A DNA stretch of 64,000 nt from Diadema antillarum (lineage: Eukaryota): assembly GCF_040938485.1 (NCBI RefSeq), contig NW_027271164.1, forward strand, positions 2,144,064 through 2,208,063. Direction: 5' to 3'. Position 1 is the first letter of the stretch. Every line of letters begins with the position of its first letter. The notes below the pieces were generated by a model. It worked only from the letters and a program-made list of their open reading frames with translations, was not told the origin of the DNA and ran no database searches. Shown piece by piece: positions 1 through 13,354 of the stretch. Made by a program: the position numbers and the translations under genes.

Positions 1-572
1 AAACAAGGTCAGTTCTGGGGAAATGATGATGCCAATGTCTCCATAGAAGTTCAGGCTTCGGTGAAGAGGGTTTTACTGTGGTTACAACATGACTACATAA
101 GTAAGCTTATTTTGTAACTGAAATACATCCCAAGCAATTTCACCTCATTGGTAAACTTGTCTGATTTGATTCAGTGTTTTACCAGTCGACTCTATTAGGT
201 ATTTTTTTTTTTTTTTTTTTTGGAAAATGGAGATAGAATCGAGTGGGTCGTAGGGCTGTCATTTTCTGTAAGTTAAGTCTTCTCTATCATTTACTGTCTA
301 TTCGGCATTCCAACACCTCACTCAACGCGCTGCACGAATGTCCCCTAGTGTGCTAAGAAGGAAGAATGTATTCTAGTGTATAGGAAGTAAGGTTACGTAT
401 ACATACTTATGAACCAAAGGTAAATATGTATAGATACTGTGTACTAAGAGGTATAAAAACGTACAGATACTGCATGGTGTACTAAGAAATAAGAATGGTT
501 ACTAGTGTGCTCAGTGGAATTCAAATTGGCCTACGACTCCACTTGAAAAAGCTGGCCCTTTTTTCAACTCAC

Positions 573-734
573 CAAGAAAACGTCGACATCTCGAGTCTTG
601 TTGATGAACTTGTTTTCACTGAAAGTCACCGTCTTTCCTACCAGAGTTCCTTCTTTCACCGTAACTCTCGGATTCTCGGCATTCAGTGGCTCGAAAATGG
701 CAAATATTGCCAACAAAGTCCACAAAAGCCTCAT
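573..734 (-). CDS. Cholinesterase-like carboxylesterase, exon 1 of upstream tandem copy A (signal peptide MRLLWTLLAIFAIFEPLNA, then ENPRVTVKEGTLVGKTVTFSENKFINKTRDVDVFL). The remaining exons lie left of the window.
   Basis: ATG at 734-732. Hydrophobic signal peptide. GTGAGT donor immediately after ...DVDVFL. About 85% identical to 11956-12120. Confidence 0.6.
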
Positions 735-3700
735 TGTTTGAGAGGAACCGCGCTTGTCTTGTTTTCTTAATTGAAAAGTTACTGATTTATCCAGAGAGTC
801 CAAGTCAATTGACTTCGTGCAATCACTTGTCCTTTTAGAATGAACTTGATCTATACTTGACTATTAAAGGTTGTCATACGCAAGGACTGCTTGTACAGCG
901 CAAGATATTCAGACTTTGGTCACAATTTGCAGACGGACCAATAAGTGAGCCAATGACAAAATGACGTCAAAGTTTAAGCAGGGATATGAACGCATGGAAA
1001 CGTAGTCTAGTATCTATAACTGACACAACTTCAAGCAACAAATGTCTTCAAATAGTTGGGAGTAGTTGTTGAAGCTGATCAATAAAATAAATGCATGCTG
1101 CACTTGAATGAGAAAGATTATTAATGACGACTTTTCGTTTTCGTTTCCCCTCCTTTTTTTTTGCAACTGGTCTATCATGGCAAGACTATTTTTAGTCCGA
1201 GTAGATGGTCGATTTAAGCAGAGGCGTACTTCTTTACAAAAGTTGTTTTGAAAAAAAAAGAAAACCGAATCTCAAACGGTCGTGAGAATAAATAAGTTTC
1301 ACAAAGGTCGAAGTCCGAAAATTGTTTGAATACTGACAACGCTCAAGCACATCCGAATCGGGCGCATACAGACTGTCGTCTTCTTTGATCACACTACAGA
1401 AATGGAAAATTTTACGGGCTCTGCGGCTTTGTCTGCCTCAGAAAGCATGACAATATTTTGAAACACTACATCATGCATGCAGTTAGTTGTAAGCTTTTTA
1501 CTTTGTCATTCCATGGGTGGGCTTTATTACACTGACATTGCAAGAAAACCAGCTTGCATACTGACAGTTATAGTTTAAATGTCAAACTATCAAATGAATC
1601 TAAACTGATGAAATGGTTTAAGACGACTTACGATATGTCCTACTACGTAGAACCGGTGTATGTATTCTAAAATATTCAGGTTTTATACACTTTGATTCTT
1701 GTAATTCTAATGAAGAGATATTCCAACAGCAGGCATCCAACATTGGTGCGCATCGTTATGGAATCATAGTTTTATAAGGCGACTACGATCTTAACAAAGG
1801 GAAGTTCCTGCCCGTTTTCTCTTGTTTGCATGGCTGTAGACCCTAATGTGCAATGATCTACTTCACTGTTTTATTGCTTGGTTATAGAAAAGCAACCTTG
1901 ATATTAAAAAGGACAACAGTATCCATAAGACTATGCAATGAGGACTTTGTAACTTGGATAGAAGAATTTATGCAAGCATTTATATTGATGTATATAGGGT
2001 AATTTGTCAAACAGTTGCAATTTATCGGGAGAAACCATAAAGCTAGTATATATGCTTTTTTTTAGAAGAGGGAAGAAGAAAGAAGAGAGAAGGATGGGAG
2101 AAAGACAAAAACAAGGAAAAAATATAGAAACCCACTTACTTAGGTGAACTTACCTATATATACACAAACAAACAAACAAACACGCACACACAGAGAGGAC
2201 AGTACAGTACACATTTCGCTAGCCTTCAATTAGATTGTGAATTTATTGAAAGAAACTCAAAACAACATCATACATAAACCCATATTCCATAATGTTTCCA
2301 CCTGCCCGCATGTATATTACACACTAATTGATTGTCTCATTTAAAGATGCACAATATGATACTCATTGATGAGCTGATCATTGCGGGGTGGGAAGAATGG
2401 TAAGGAAAAGAATCCCTGTCTAAAGCAACACGAAAAGACAGCAGTTGCCTTGGTTATGATTGATCTTAATGAGGATCACGATCAACTAGCAAAGTGACCA
2501 GTGATCTGGGCGTCTGATCGCAATAGTCAATATCAAAGTGAAGGTTCGCCATCATGCAGAAACTCTAGTTTTTCTTGTAAAGTTCTGAATACCCCGATGA
2601 GTTTTAATAAAGTCAATTAATGCAGTTGTAGTTTAAAGTTGTAATTCATAGCGTTCTCATTTTATCACTGTTTGATTCATTCATTATTCGTTCACGCATT
2701 TTATATTCATCGGAATACGATAGTGAATACATAACGCTAACAGACAATATCACCCATTCTCTTCTGTTCTACATTGTAAAGTCTGATGACTACTTTTCCA
2801 CCAAGGCAAATTTCCAACCACGTTAGAGTTGGCAACTGCAAATATAAATGTGTTTATTACAATTGTCATGGTTGAAATAAATATGATCTGGTATACTCCC
2901 TCTGCGACTACTCTCTGTGTAACAACGTTAAATTCTATGTATCATCATGAAAGATGTGATGGTGACCAGGTGTATATCATTCTGCATCTTATTGTTCCAG
3001 TCTTAAAGAATCGATGCAGGTTTTAATAGTGTATGACGTTATGGGAAATATATAATGTAAGAAAGTTTAATTTGTTGTGATCATGAATGTTCACATATCT
3101 TAGTTTTTTTTCTCTCTTTCTCTGAAAGGTGTTTACCTTTTAACCATTCATTCTACTATTTTAGCAAATTATGACATCAACAAACTTCAATGTAAATTGG
3201 ACATAATTATTATGTTGCATTACACAGTGAATAATTGCTGGACAAAATCAAAATAAAAACAAAACTCTCTAAGAAAACTGCTAGATGAAAAGGAAGAGGA
3301 AAGTATATTGACAATTCCTTTGGAATATCACCGTTGCAGAAGTTCTGTTTCTTTTTTTAGGATACTCCTTGTCAAGAAGAGATTTAGATTACTCTTCAAT
3401 CATTTGATACGTCGATCATTTCCACAAGTTCTGAAGTCTGAATAAAAAATACTTCGCGGTAGAATTTATTTCTCAGTTTATTTGCTCACTCAGGCCTTCG
3501 TTTAGAATTGTAATCTAAGAAATCTATTGACGTACTTTTATTCAATATACCAGAATGACCGCATGATGGTCGCGTAGCCCAGTTGTTAGAATCAGAAGGA
3601 CTTACAACTTATAGATAACTCATCAAATTTGAATAAAGATCAAGAAATTAAAAAAGAAGAAACTTAGTCATAGATGAGGAGGTACAGCCATGCAGAGATA

Positions 3701-4078
3701 ATTATGACCCATTATGACACATTACGACCAGTAAAGTCATGTTACTAAAACAATGGCTCGGGCTTGAACAGTGAAGGTTTATCATTAACTTTAGACTTTA
3801 GATTGCAATTTACATTACAACGGGGAGCTCATGAAACGTGTGATTGCTGATCTATGATAATAGGTCAATATCATTTATCGTTATTTCAGGCACTATTGTC
3901 TATTATACACTTTATGGATTGGAAGGTAATTCTGTTTTGTAGTTTTTTAATGCAAAAGTCAATAAGGAAACTAATTTAGGTACGTGAAAAAGTGGCTTTA
4001 TCATTCAAGTAAAGACATGTAGATGTACTTCGCTTTAATCGGCGAAGTGCATTCGAGGATAGTTGTAACTAATCAAGA

Positions 4079-4194
4079 TTAATTACAGGTAGGTTCATTC
4101 TTGTATTCCTCGAACGCCTGCTGCCATGCTGTCATCTCAGTCTTCCAGTCATCATAACTTTCCCGCCATTCCTTCTCAGTGTCACTAATGTCGC
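4079..4194 (-). CDS. Cholinesterase-like terminal exon: T-peptide/WAT-like tail GDISDTEKEWRESYDDWKTEMTAWQQAFEEYKNEPTCN, then stop.
   Basis: W-x6-W-x6-W heptad with F28, Y31 and Cys37, the same spacing as the vertebrate AChE T peptide (…RQWKAEFHRWSSYMVHWKNQFDHY…RC…). ctctttccag acceptor. Stop TAA at 4081-4079. Confidence 0.65.
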
Positions 4195-4919
4195 CTGGAA
4201 AGAGAGGGAGACAGGATGAAGCAAAGATGTGATTATCAAAATTAGCGCGCTTTCCTTTTATAGCTCACACTCGCATTCTGGTTTGTCAACCTGTGCGCCA
4301 ACCAATGACAAAACTAAAAAACGTTTTGGAGTTGCTTTTCTGCCGACACATCTTTTTTTTTAATGCATCTCATATTCTGAACGAATTCTGTGATTGATGA
4401 CATCTAAACTCTATTTCATAAAAACCAAGATGGCACATTCTGACTCTTTACCTTAGGAGACAATGTCGATGTTGAAGAAAAAATCGAAAAGGCGAAGATG
4501 CATTACATTATTCCAATTATTGGTGTGTTTCGAACTTGAATCAATGTTAGAACTCGATCATTAGCCTTTTTATACCATCTGTGCGATTACAGTCTGATTA
4601 ACGAATAAAGACAGAAGTCCAGTATCGAGAATCTACCTGATGCACTGCTCATCAGCCTTTCAGTCTTACACGTTTATAAAAAAAAGAAAATTTATTGTAA
4701 CGTGCAAAGGGGAGTCATCTACACTTAGCTATAGGGTTGATTGCTTAACGATATGGTAATAGCTTCAGATTATTGGATAAATATTAGTAAACATTTATGG
4801 AACATACGCACAGACACACCCACAGCATACAACCGCTTTCTACAGTTGAGATTCTCGAACACAACCTGTTAAATCTAACATATAGTATAATGAAGTGATT
4901 ATTCCCTCGAAAAAAATAC

Positions 4920-5101
4920 CTGTAAAAGCCACGAGGGATGGGAAGTAGTGGTTCCAGAAATGACACTGTCTTGCTCTGACAGCCCTCCCTGTAGGCAATC
5001 CTATGGCTATCTCCTTGTATGTGAGTTCAGGGATCGTGTACTCTGGCCAGGCGTACTGTCCTTCCAACGGGTCTGAATCCATGCTCGGCTTACTCGGATT
5101 T
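4920..5101 (-). CDS. Cholinesterase-like exon 9 (NPSKPSMDSDPLEGQYAWPEYT...RARQCHFWNHYFPSLVAFT).
   Basis: Follows TG with NPS (compare TGDPN). Conserved third-disulfide Cys in RxxxCxFW. tgtag acceptor and ACAG|GTATTT donor. Confidence 0.7.
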
Positions 5102-5361
5102 CTACAATACATATAATAGTTGCAATCCATTAATGCATTAAGTTATTGTTGTTTAAGTGCCTTCCTTAAACTGTCACATGCAAAATTGAATCAGTGCTTC
5201 TAAAGGCACTCAGAATTTAACTGATAAAGAATTTTGTCTCCAGTACAATACAAAAAAGAATAACATCTATCCAGAACTTTTCATCACAGTTTAGAAGTAT
5301 TTGTAACTTTTTAAGATATTAGTAAACTATTTCATTTTAGTGAATCAAATGGCTGGCTTAC

Positions 5362-5556
5362 CCGGTCTTGGCAAAGTTGGTCCAGAATTGCATCATTATA
5401 ACGGAGAGGGCGTTCTCCTCGTCCGTCATGTTGTGTCCTTTGACGTGGTAGAGCTCATCAATGAAAGGGACGCCCCACACAAAAGTCATTTCTTCTCCAT
5501 GTGCTGCGCCAAGCCAAGGAGTGTTGGGAGTAAGCCCTTCATACTCATAGAAGCTC
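5362..5556 (-). CDS. Cholinesterase-like exon 8 (SFYEYEGLTPNTPWLGAAHGEEMTFVWGVPF...MMQFWTNFAKTG), carrying the catalytic His.
   Basis: HG(E/D)E..FVFG motif and W.NFAKTG motif. GG|GTAAGC donor. Two adjacent candidate acceptors within 2 nt. Confidence 0.75.
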
Positions 5557-6051
5557 CTAGTATCAATCAATTGAGAAAAAAAAATAGTGACAGAAAAACA
5601 ACTGGTAGAAATGAACACACTCTGCTAAAGTGAGTTTAGAAAGTTTCTTACTGAACTTAAGTCTCTTACCCGTCAACCGTCACCCCCCATACTCTCTCTC
5701 TCTCTCTCTCTTAAAAAACAAACAAAAAACAAACAAAAACAAAAACAAAAAGAAAACATTTTGAAAATCATTATTGTCCACTTTGGGTTTAGGTTGCATC
5801 TGCTTAGGCTTTGAGAACGGCAACTTTTAGTTTGGCAATGTTGTATTCATGTGTTACGAATAAGTAATTTATGTATTGAAACAAGGCGCATTATGAACAT
5901 ATTTATATTTCATGAAATGATAATCCTCATTAAAAATGCTTTAGTACGTTCTGTAAGATCAAAATGCTTCACATTTCGGATATGAGGTAGGCATACTCAT
6001 GTTTCTGTATAACTATCACCGAAATGCAAGGAAGTAGTGGTAAGTCCATAC

Positions 6052-6497
6052 TTCGTAGGTACGTGGGTCATAAAGTACTGGTAGACGGGGCCGCCGTGTG
6101 ATGTATGTTCTCTAATGACGTAATCAGTTGGACAACCGAACATCAAATCTCCAAAGAAATCCACCACCGAGTTAAAGTAATCCGCAGTAATGTTGTCTGC
6201 AATACTCCAGTCAGTATACTCCTGATCTACAGAGTCGTATATGATCGCATCATCCAGGCCGTTGTAGAAAGTTAGCTGGAATTGAATGGAAGCAAGGTAG
6301 GTGGCTCGGTCGTAAGGGGGCGGTGTTTCGCTACCCCAGTAGTCAGAAAAAGATGCGTATGGTATCAAAGACCCCTCGTCCTTGTTGAAGCCCGCAACGA
6401 TTGGTACATGGGCAAAGTCCCCGTTGCTGTAGAGGTTTTTTGGTGTATCTTCGAGAAACGTACCGTCAACAGTCACTCGATACACAGCATCATATAC
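6052..6497 (-). CDS. Cholinesterase-like exon 7 (VYDAVYRVTVDGTFLEDTP...GFNKDEGSLI...FGCPTDY...YQYFMTHVPT).
   Basis: VDG(D/T)FL and KDEG (acidic triad residue) motifs. FGCP disulfide Cys. cccag acceptor and AA|GTATGG donor. Confidence 0.75.
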
Positions 6498-6801
6498 CTG
6501 GGCATTATGATATTGATAGTATGAAGAGAGGTCCAATTTACAAAGCAAAATTAGTAATGTGCGAACATCTTGTTGGACAAAGCATATCTCATAGCCATGG
6601 ATGGAACAGTACCAATGGCTGATAATCGTTTAAACATGATTTTAATGAAACTGTACAGGCAGCATTGTGGGTCGATGTATAACTATTCATCACCTCTCCG
6701 TCTATCTCATATCTTAATACTTCACATCACCTCTCCGTCTATCTCATATCTTAATACTTCACTAGCACCCCGATTGTTTAGGCAGAACTTACAGACACAC
6801 A

Positions 6802-6845
<44 letters not shown>
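6802..6845. repeat. (CA)n microsatellite in a cholinesterase intron. Others in the window: 15036-15065 (CA)n; 31197-31228 (GT)n; 45049-45108 (CA)n; 60893-60934 (CA)n; 8935-8972, 9625-9660, 31497-31562, 49845-49880, 52841-52882 and 59055-59125 (AT)n; 36823-36878 (ATCATT)n; 54465-54500 (TAA)n; 62103-62150 (GTCT)n/(GGCT)n.
   Basis: Read directly. Confidence 0.9.
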
Positions 6846-6847
<2 letters not shown>

Positions 6848-7359
6848 TATCCATTGACTCTTGTAAATGAGTGTTAATGTTGAACAGGGGCTTGGAAATT
6901 TAGCCGAACCTGAAAGCTATAATCTAGAAATTAAGCATGGAATTATGCACAACTAATTTGTGATCATATTGAAGCCACCTCCTAACATTACGTTGAATAC
7001 AGTACGTTTCAGTTCCCTATCAACAATGTCACTATAGTATAGCTGATTTTCTGAACATCTTGTATAGATGTAAACGGAAATTACTGTTGATTGCTAGCAA
7101 AGGAGGACTTTCACTAGGGGTGGAATGTTGTTGGTAATCAAGCCAAAATAGTTTTCAGTATTTTTTTTTTTCATATGAAGCGATGACATCATCTCGTCAT
7201 GTTGTATGAATGTTTTATGAGAAAATCTGAAATTGCATACTTTTTGCCATCCTGTTGGTTTTTAGCTACCCTATACATTGTAGTAAATTATACTGTGATA
7301 TTTGTCTTTGGTAGATGAGGGCAGTACATGGGTGCAACGCGTTGCCATGGCAGCCATAC

Positions 7360-7527
7360 CTCATCAGCGGCCTTCCTTAGTTTTTCAGCATCCTTCTCTC
7401 TGAGACATTCCACCAGAGCCTCAGACGTCGACGTGCTGCAATTCATGGCCACACCCAAGTTTCTCGACTTCTCAAGCTCTCTCTCCGGATCGTTGATGAA
7501 CGCCCAGTCAGCCAGGGCTGTTCCACT
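7360..7527 (-). CDS. Cholinesterase-like exon 6 (SGTALADWAFINDPE...NCSTSTSEALVECLREKDAE...).
   Basis: Conserved SG after the active-site exon. C...C disulfide loop with CLR motif. tattcag acceptor and GAG|GTATGG donor. Phase 0. Confidence 0.7.
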
Positions 7528-8119
7528 CTGAATAAGTAAAAGAGACTCAATTAGGTCACTAGAATGTATCCACAGGAAACATGAACAGAAAACAGCAGAT
7601 GAACTAGTGAGCAATACGAACAAGAATATCCGTAGCAACTGACATGACCCACATGTAACTCACATCACGAAACACCCACCAAACATTGCGAAGATGCATC
7701 AGCAGGCTAATTAGCTTGTTCTAGTGAATGAAACAATGTGCACATGCAAATGTTCACATTGGCAAGTATACATGTACCTTTAAAAGATATCCTGGCTCGT
7801 GAGAACATGACGCTAAAGGAGAGCAGTTTGTCAATTACTAGTATTATTTCCCAATACATTTTATCAACATTTGATGCCGCCATTTAGCTTTCTCAATAAG
7901 TAAATTTTGATACTGAACACTATCAATGAAATTAATTGAAGTCGTGTCATGGTACTTGCAGTCTAATACCGTGGAAGTTCTCAGACTGGCTAATTCTTAG
8001 ACCTATATAACATTATGTACGTATGTCATTCTTATACAAACTCTGATGGTGCACTTGATTCTTTTTGATTTTTTGTCACAGTAGTTTTTTTTTTCTGGTC
8101 AAATAAACAAGTATGATTA

Positions 8120-8389
<270 letters not shown>

Positions 8390-8930
8390 TCATAATAAAT
8401 GCACGGATAGATCCTGTAAAGATTAACTGGCAGACTTTATAAAGAGAAAGGAAATAGAAAAACAGATATATATAGAGAGATAGTAACTTGTTATCAAGCT
8501 CTTTACCGAGCTCTTTTCCTTCCATTTGTTTTGGGAGTTAAAGGAATATGTTTATGATAATAAACTAATAGTTTTGTAAGAAAATTTCGGAAGAAGAATT
8601 AACATCTCGGAGTTCAAAGATGTCATTCCATTGTTCTTCGAATAAATCTCGATTCAATGAAAAAAAAAAATTGTTATCAAAATTATGAGACTCAATATTC
8701 AAAATGCATGGCCGAATTCAGAAAGATTCAGTAATCATGCTTTAAAGCCAACAGAAAGTTTATGCTTTAGGTGCATTTCACAGAGTGAAATCATTGACTC
8801 GAGGTATCTTGATATAACTACTAGCCAGTATGATGCTAAGAGAGCGTTATAACTCACGTCTGATCATTAGAACGTCAGTTTGGATGAGAACTGCAGTAGT
8901 GACTACATTTTTATTGAAGTACATGTGCGC

Positions 8931-8977
<47 letters not shown>

Positions 8978-9382
8978 AAATATAATGTTAACATAAACAT
9001 TATATATATCTATATAATTATTATGTTCAGAGCAAATGCACTTCAATAAAACTGTAAATATATATACCTTGATTACAATTTAAAGCATTGTGTATAAACT
9101 ATGTATGTGTTTCTGTTTAGTCTTACCATGGAGGTACAAAAATTTTGTACCTCTATGGTCTTACATTCTTAAGGAAATCAGTAGACATATATTTTTTTTT
9201 TATTACGGATGATATCTGAGATATTACCATTGAATCCTGCCACATCTTGCCACCCTACTGAACTGCATTCAATGTAATTATTTAAACAAAATTCTAGTTG
9301 ATACATGAAATCAAAGCATACATGTTATATCAAAATTTAAATACCAGATACCAATTTCATTCTGATACCTGGGTATTATTAC

Positions 9383-9460
9383 CTTCAATGTTAGTATAGA
9401 CCCACTTGAGAGCTGCCACCTGATCCAGCATACCAACATTACCAGGAGCTTCTTCATCAC
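9383..9460 (-). CDS. Cholinesterase-like exon 4 ([26 protein letters not shown]).
   Basis: PGN(x)G(L/M)LDQ...AL(K/Q)WV motif. ccag acceptor and gtaata donor. Frame continuous with exons 3 and 5. Confidence 0.75.
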
Positions 9461-9623
9461 CTGGTAGAAAATGGAATTGAAATGAGTTATTACTTGAAAT
9501 ACAGGCGTAGAAAGCAATGTCAGGAATGACTGGTTAGCTTTATTTCTGAATTGATTCGTATAACTTGCGAAAATCTCTCCGTTTTTATATTTATTAACAG
9601 CTGTTTATTATATTGAAGTACTG

Positions 9624-9669
<46 letters not shown>

Positions 9670-9908
9670 TTTTTTTTTTTGGAGTGGGGGATATATGCCT
9701 TGATTTTGCTTGTAGTCTTTTTTTTTTGTTTCCTTTGAGAGACAACAATGGCTGTTTTAGATCCATTGGCAGGCTGTATGTACATACTGTATTTTAGTCT
9801 TTGGCTTCTATATTCCATTCTGAATGTACTGGTCATGCATGATATAAACAATTGTGACAAAAAGCATCATTCTTTTCTTTTCTATTCATATAAGAGATAA
9901 GAACTGAC

Positions 9909-10068
9909 CTGTGGTGAAAAAAGAAAAAATGTTCAGGCGGTAGTTGATAGTTACGATTATGACGTCACCAACAGAAACCAATGGGACGCCGCTGAGTTCC
10001 ACTGTCATCGCGGTTCCAATGGAGAAACCGCCACCATGAATAAAGACCATGACCGCCGCATCGTTAAT
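9909..10068 (-). CDS. Cholinesterase-like exon 3 (INDAAVMVFIHGGGFSIGTA...VIIVTINYRLN).
   Basis: Oxyanion-hole HGGGF motif and NYRL motif. aag acceptor and CAG|GTCAGT donor. Confidence 0.75.
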
Positions 10069-10656
10069 CTTTATCAGTCAAAAAGATATTGATAATTCAT
10101 GTCTATAACTTTGTATTTCTTGTGGAATTATTATTCATATCGCAGTGAATAACATTTACCACAGACAAAAGTATCACAAACGAATTTCGATTTTATATCT
10201 CTTTAAGATCTATAATGTTTGTTCCATGTTATAAGTGCTGTCTGGGGCAAATTATTTGTATAGGGCCCCATTTCTCTCTCTCTCTCTTCTTTCGTTCTTT
10301 AAAACAACAACAACAACATAATTTCGAAGACGTTGATCTAGAGGGTTGACATTATATGATAAAAAAAGAATGATTAATTTCCTCTCCATAGTGTCTAACA
10401 AGACAATATAGTTTAATATGGCATCAACAGAACATATCTGTCCTACTGAGTGGACGAAAAGTGATTGAAAAAAGGAATCTCTGAGACAAATCCATTCACT
10501 CTGAATGAAATCCTGAGTATCCAACGAAGGGCGATATGCTTCTAAAGCTGTAACCCCGCCGTTTTGACACCGGCGAAAAGTGAAGCCAACAATATTGATC
10601 ATAATTATTATCATACAGAGAGAGAGAAAAAAATAATTGTCCTAGATGAATCCTAC

Positions 10657-10842
10657 CTTTGGATTAGGAGCAAATACGTTTAGATACAGACAGTCTTCTG
10701 ACATTTTCTCGGGAGCCGGGAAAAAGTCAAATACGCCTTGTTGACACACAGCTTCAAATTCCGTAGCGTTCCTTTCTCCTTCCCATGACGTCATATTTGT
10801 AGGCGGGGCGAATCTCTCAGGAGGGGCTGCATAAGGTACCCC
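10657..10842 (-). CDS. Cholinesterase-like exon 2 (GVPYAAPPERFAPP...EAVCQQ...EDCLYLNVFAPNPK).
   Basis: Canonical carboxylesterase type-B N-terminal motifs GxPYAxPP and EDCLYLN(V). cag acceptor and gtagga donor. Phase 0 to 0. Confidence 0.8.
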
Positions 10843-11204
10843 CTGTACATTTATAGACATTAAAGACGAATTACAACTAAACAAAGTCTGAGGTAATGAT
10901 AATGCCCATGCCTCCATAGAAGTTCAGTCTTACCGTGAGGAGGGTTTTACTGTGGTTACAACATGACTAGATAAGCTTATTCTTCAACTCTAATGCATCC
11001 CAAGCAATTTCACCTCATTGGTAAACCTGTTCGCTATGATTCACTTATTTACCAGTGCTGTAGTAATTGCAACGACTAGCATGAAACATCTTTAGTCATC
11101 ATGACTATTTACAAATGTAAACGATGCTTAAAGAAAATGGAGAGACTGTTGCATGGATCACTCGCCTGTAAGATAAGTCTTCTCAATGGGGCATTCTTAC
11201 GGGT

Positions 11205-11690
11205 GCTGTTCGTTATTCCGAAGGTCCGTTATTCCAAAGGTTCGTTTATTTCGAATGTTCGTTAATCCGAAACACACAAATTTCCTATACCTAGAGGTTC
11301 GTTAATCCGAAAATGAAATAGGGTTCGCTATTCCGAAGGCTCGTTTATCCGAAAATGAAATAGGGTTCGTTATTCCGAAGGTTCGTTAATCCGAAAATGA
11401 AATAGGGTTCGTTATTCCGAAGGTTCGTTGATCCGAAGTGATATAGGGTCCGTAACGATCGAACCTTCGGAACGACGAGATTTGTTTCATTTTCGGATTA
11501 ACGAACCTTATTTCATTTTCGGATTTACGAACCTTCGGAATAACAAACCTCACCACATTTTCGGATTAACGAACGCTCGGAATAACAAATCTTCGGAATA
11601 ACGAACCTTCGGAATAACGAACCTTCGGACTAAAGAACCTTCGGAATAACGAACCTTCGGAATAACGATCTGTAACCCATTCTAACACCT
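11205..11690. repeat. Palindromic minisatellite. Tandem ~21-22-bp units (ggttcgttattccgaa / ggttcgttaatccgaaaatgaaatag) are followed, from about 11455, by the same units in reverse complement (cgaaccttcggaataacga).
   Basis: Read directly. Absent from the homologous position of copy A (about 190-300), so it is an insertion specific to copy B. It can form a long hairpin. Confidence 0.7.
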
Positions 11691-11955
11691 GCTGCAAGAA
11701 TGTATACTACATGCAGTGTGCTTAGAAGTAAGAATGTATACTAGTATATTTGGAAGTAAGCATGGTAAGGCTGTATTACTGCGCTAAGGGTTAAAAATGT
11801 AAACTGGTGTACTAAGAAGCACATAAGAATGTAGAGATACTACATGGTGTACTAAGAAATGAGAATGGCTATCAGTGTACTCAGTGGAAGTCAAATAGAC
11901 CTACAACTCCACTTAACAAAGCTGGCCCTTATTTTGTTTTTGTTTTTCAACTCAC

Positions 11956-12120
11956 CAAGAAAACGTCGACATCTCGAGTCTTGTTGATGAACTTGTTTTC
12001 ACTGAAAGTCACGGTCTTTCCTACCAGAGTTCCTTCTTTCACCATAACTCTCGGATTCTCAGCATTCACTGGTGCGAAAATGGCAAAAATTGCCAACAAA
12101 GTCCACAATAGCTTCATCAT
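11956..12120 (-). CDS. Cholinesterase-like gene copy B, exon 1 (MMKLLWTLLAIFAIFAPVNA signal peptide plus mature N-terminus).
   Basis: ATG at 12120. GTGAGT donor after ...DVDVFL. Phase 0. Confidence 0.7.
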
Positions 12121-12167
12121 TTGAGAGGAACCGCGCTTATCTCGTTTTCCTAATCAAAAATCACTGA

Positions 12168-12174
12168 TTTTATA
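12168..12174 (-). promoter_or_regulatory. Possible TATA box (TATAAAA on the minus strand) about 50 nt upstream of the copy-B cholinesterase ATG.
   Basis: Reverse complement of 12161-12180 reads tctgaatataaaatcagtga. Copy A has GATAAAT at the homologous site. Confidence 0.3.
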
Positions 12175-13354
12175 TTCAGAGAGTCCAAGTAATGTGACTA
12201 CGTGCAATCAGTTGTCCGTCTAGAATGAACGACAACTATGCTTGCCTAGGATTGTCCTACACCCAAGAACTGTTTGTATAGGGCAAGATATTCAGACTTT
12301 GGTCACACTTTGCAAACGGACCAATAAGTGAGCCAATGACAAAATGACGTCAGTAAGTTTTAGCAGAGATATGAAGACATGGAAACGTATAGTCCAACGT
12401 TATGATTATCTGAAGCAACTTTAAGCCACAAATGTCTTTAAACAGTTCGGAGTAAATTTGCAGCTTATCAATTCCAAAAAGATACTGCAGTCGAATGAAT
12501 AAGATTGTTCAAATAATTATGTCGAGTTTTTTTTTTTTTCAGTTCTGTATTACTGGACTTATTTCAGTCTGACCACAATTATGGTCAATTTAAGCAATGA
12601 CCTTCTGCTTCACAAAGATTGTTTGAACAAAAAAAAAGAAAAAAAGAGGAATCACAAGAGTATGGAAACAGTCGTGAGAATAGATATGTTTTGACAAAGG
12701 TCGAAGTCCGAAGATTGTTTATATACTGACAAAGCACAAAGCTATAGAGGAACTGAATAGGGTCCATTTATTATTGTCATCTTCTTTGATCACGCCACAG
12801 TTGTGAAAAATTTTGCAGGCTGTGTCCTTCTCTGCCTCAAAAGGCAAGCAGGAACATTACATGACTTTAATCATATGGGGGCTCTTCATGTAACTGACAT
12901 TACGAAACTAGCGTTCATAGTTTTACTGACAACTCTCAAATGCGTCCCAAATGATGAAATCATTTATGATGACTCATAATATGCCCTACCACGTGGAACC
13001 AGTGTATGTATTTTAATATATTCATTCAGGTCTTATATGCGTTGATTCTTGTAACTTTGATGAAGAGATATTCCAACGGCAGGCATACAGCATAGGTGCT
13101 CATCGTAATGGTATCATAGTTTTATAAGGTTTTTACGATCTTGGCAAAGTAAAGTTCTGCTTATTTCCTCTTGTTTACATGGCTGTAGTCCATAGTGTGC
13201 AATGATGTACTTCATCATTTTGTTGTTCCATTATATAAATATTACCTTGATATTCAAAAGAAAAAAAACCGTATTTATGTAAAATTATGAAAAGAAAATG
13301 TGATATCTGAAGTGGGAGAGACGTACTAAAAGGCTAATAAGCGTACATAGAATG

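Noticed and set aside
564-803. N-terminal extension MDSLDKSVTFQLRKQDKRGSSQT preceding MRLLWTLL in the six-frame ORF.
   Set aside because: A signal peptide must be N-terminal. The paralogue starts at the MMKLLW Met. Upstream residues are not conserved between copies, so the start is placed at 734, not 803.
3545-3620. tRNA-like look of gtagcccagttgttagaatcag.
   Set aside because: No cloverleaf can be drawn: no GTTC-type T-arm, no acceptor-stem pairing, and no A/B box spacing.
6282-6622. Plus-strand ORFs (80 and 73 aa) overlapping 6052-6497.
   Set aside because: Antisense to the well-supported cholinesterase exon 7 and without motifs. Chance ORFs.
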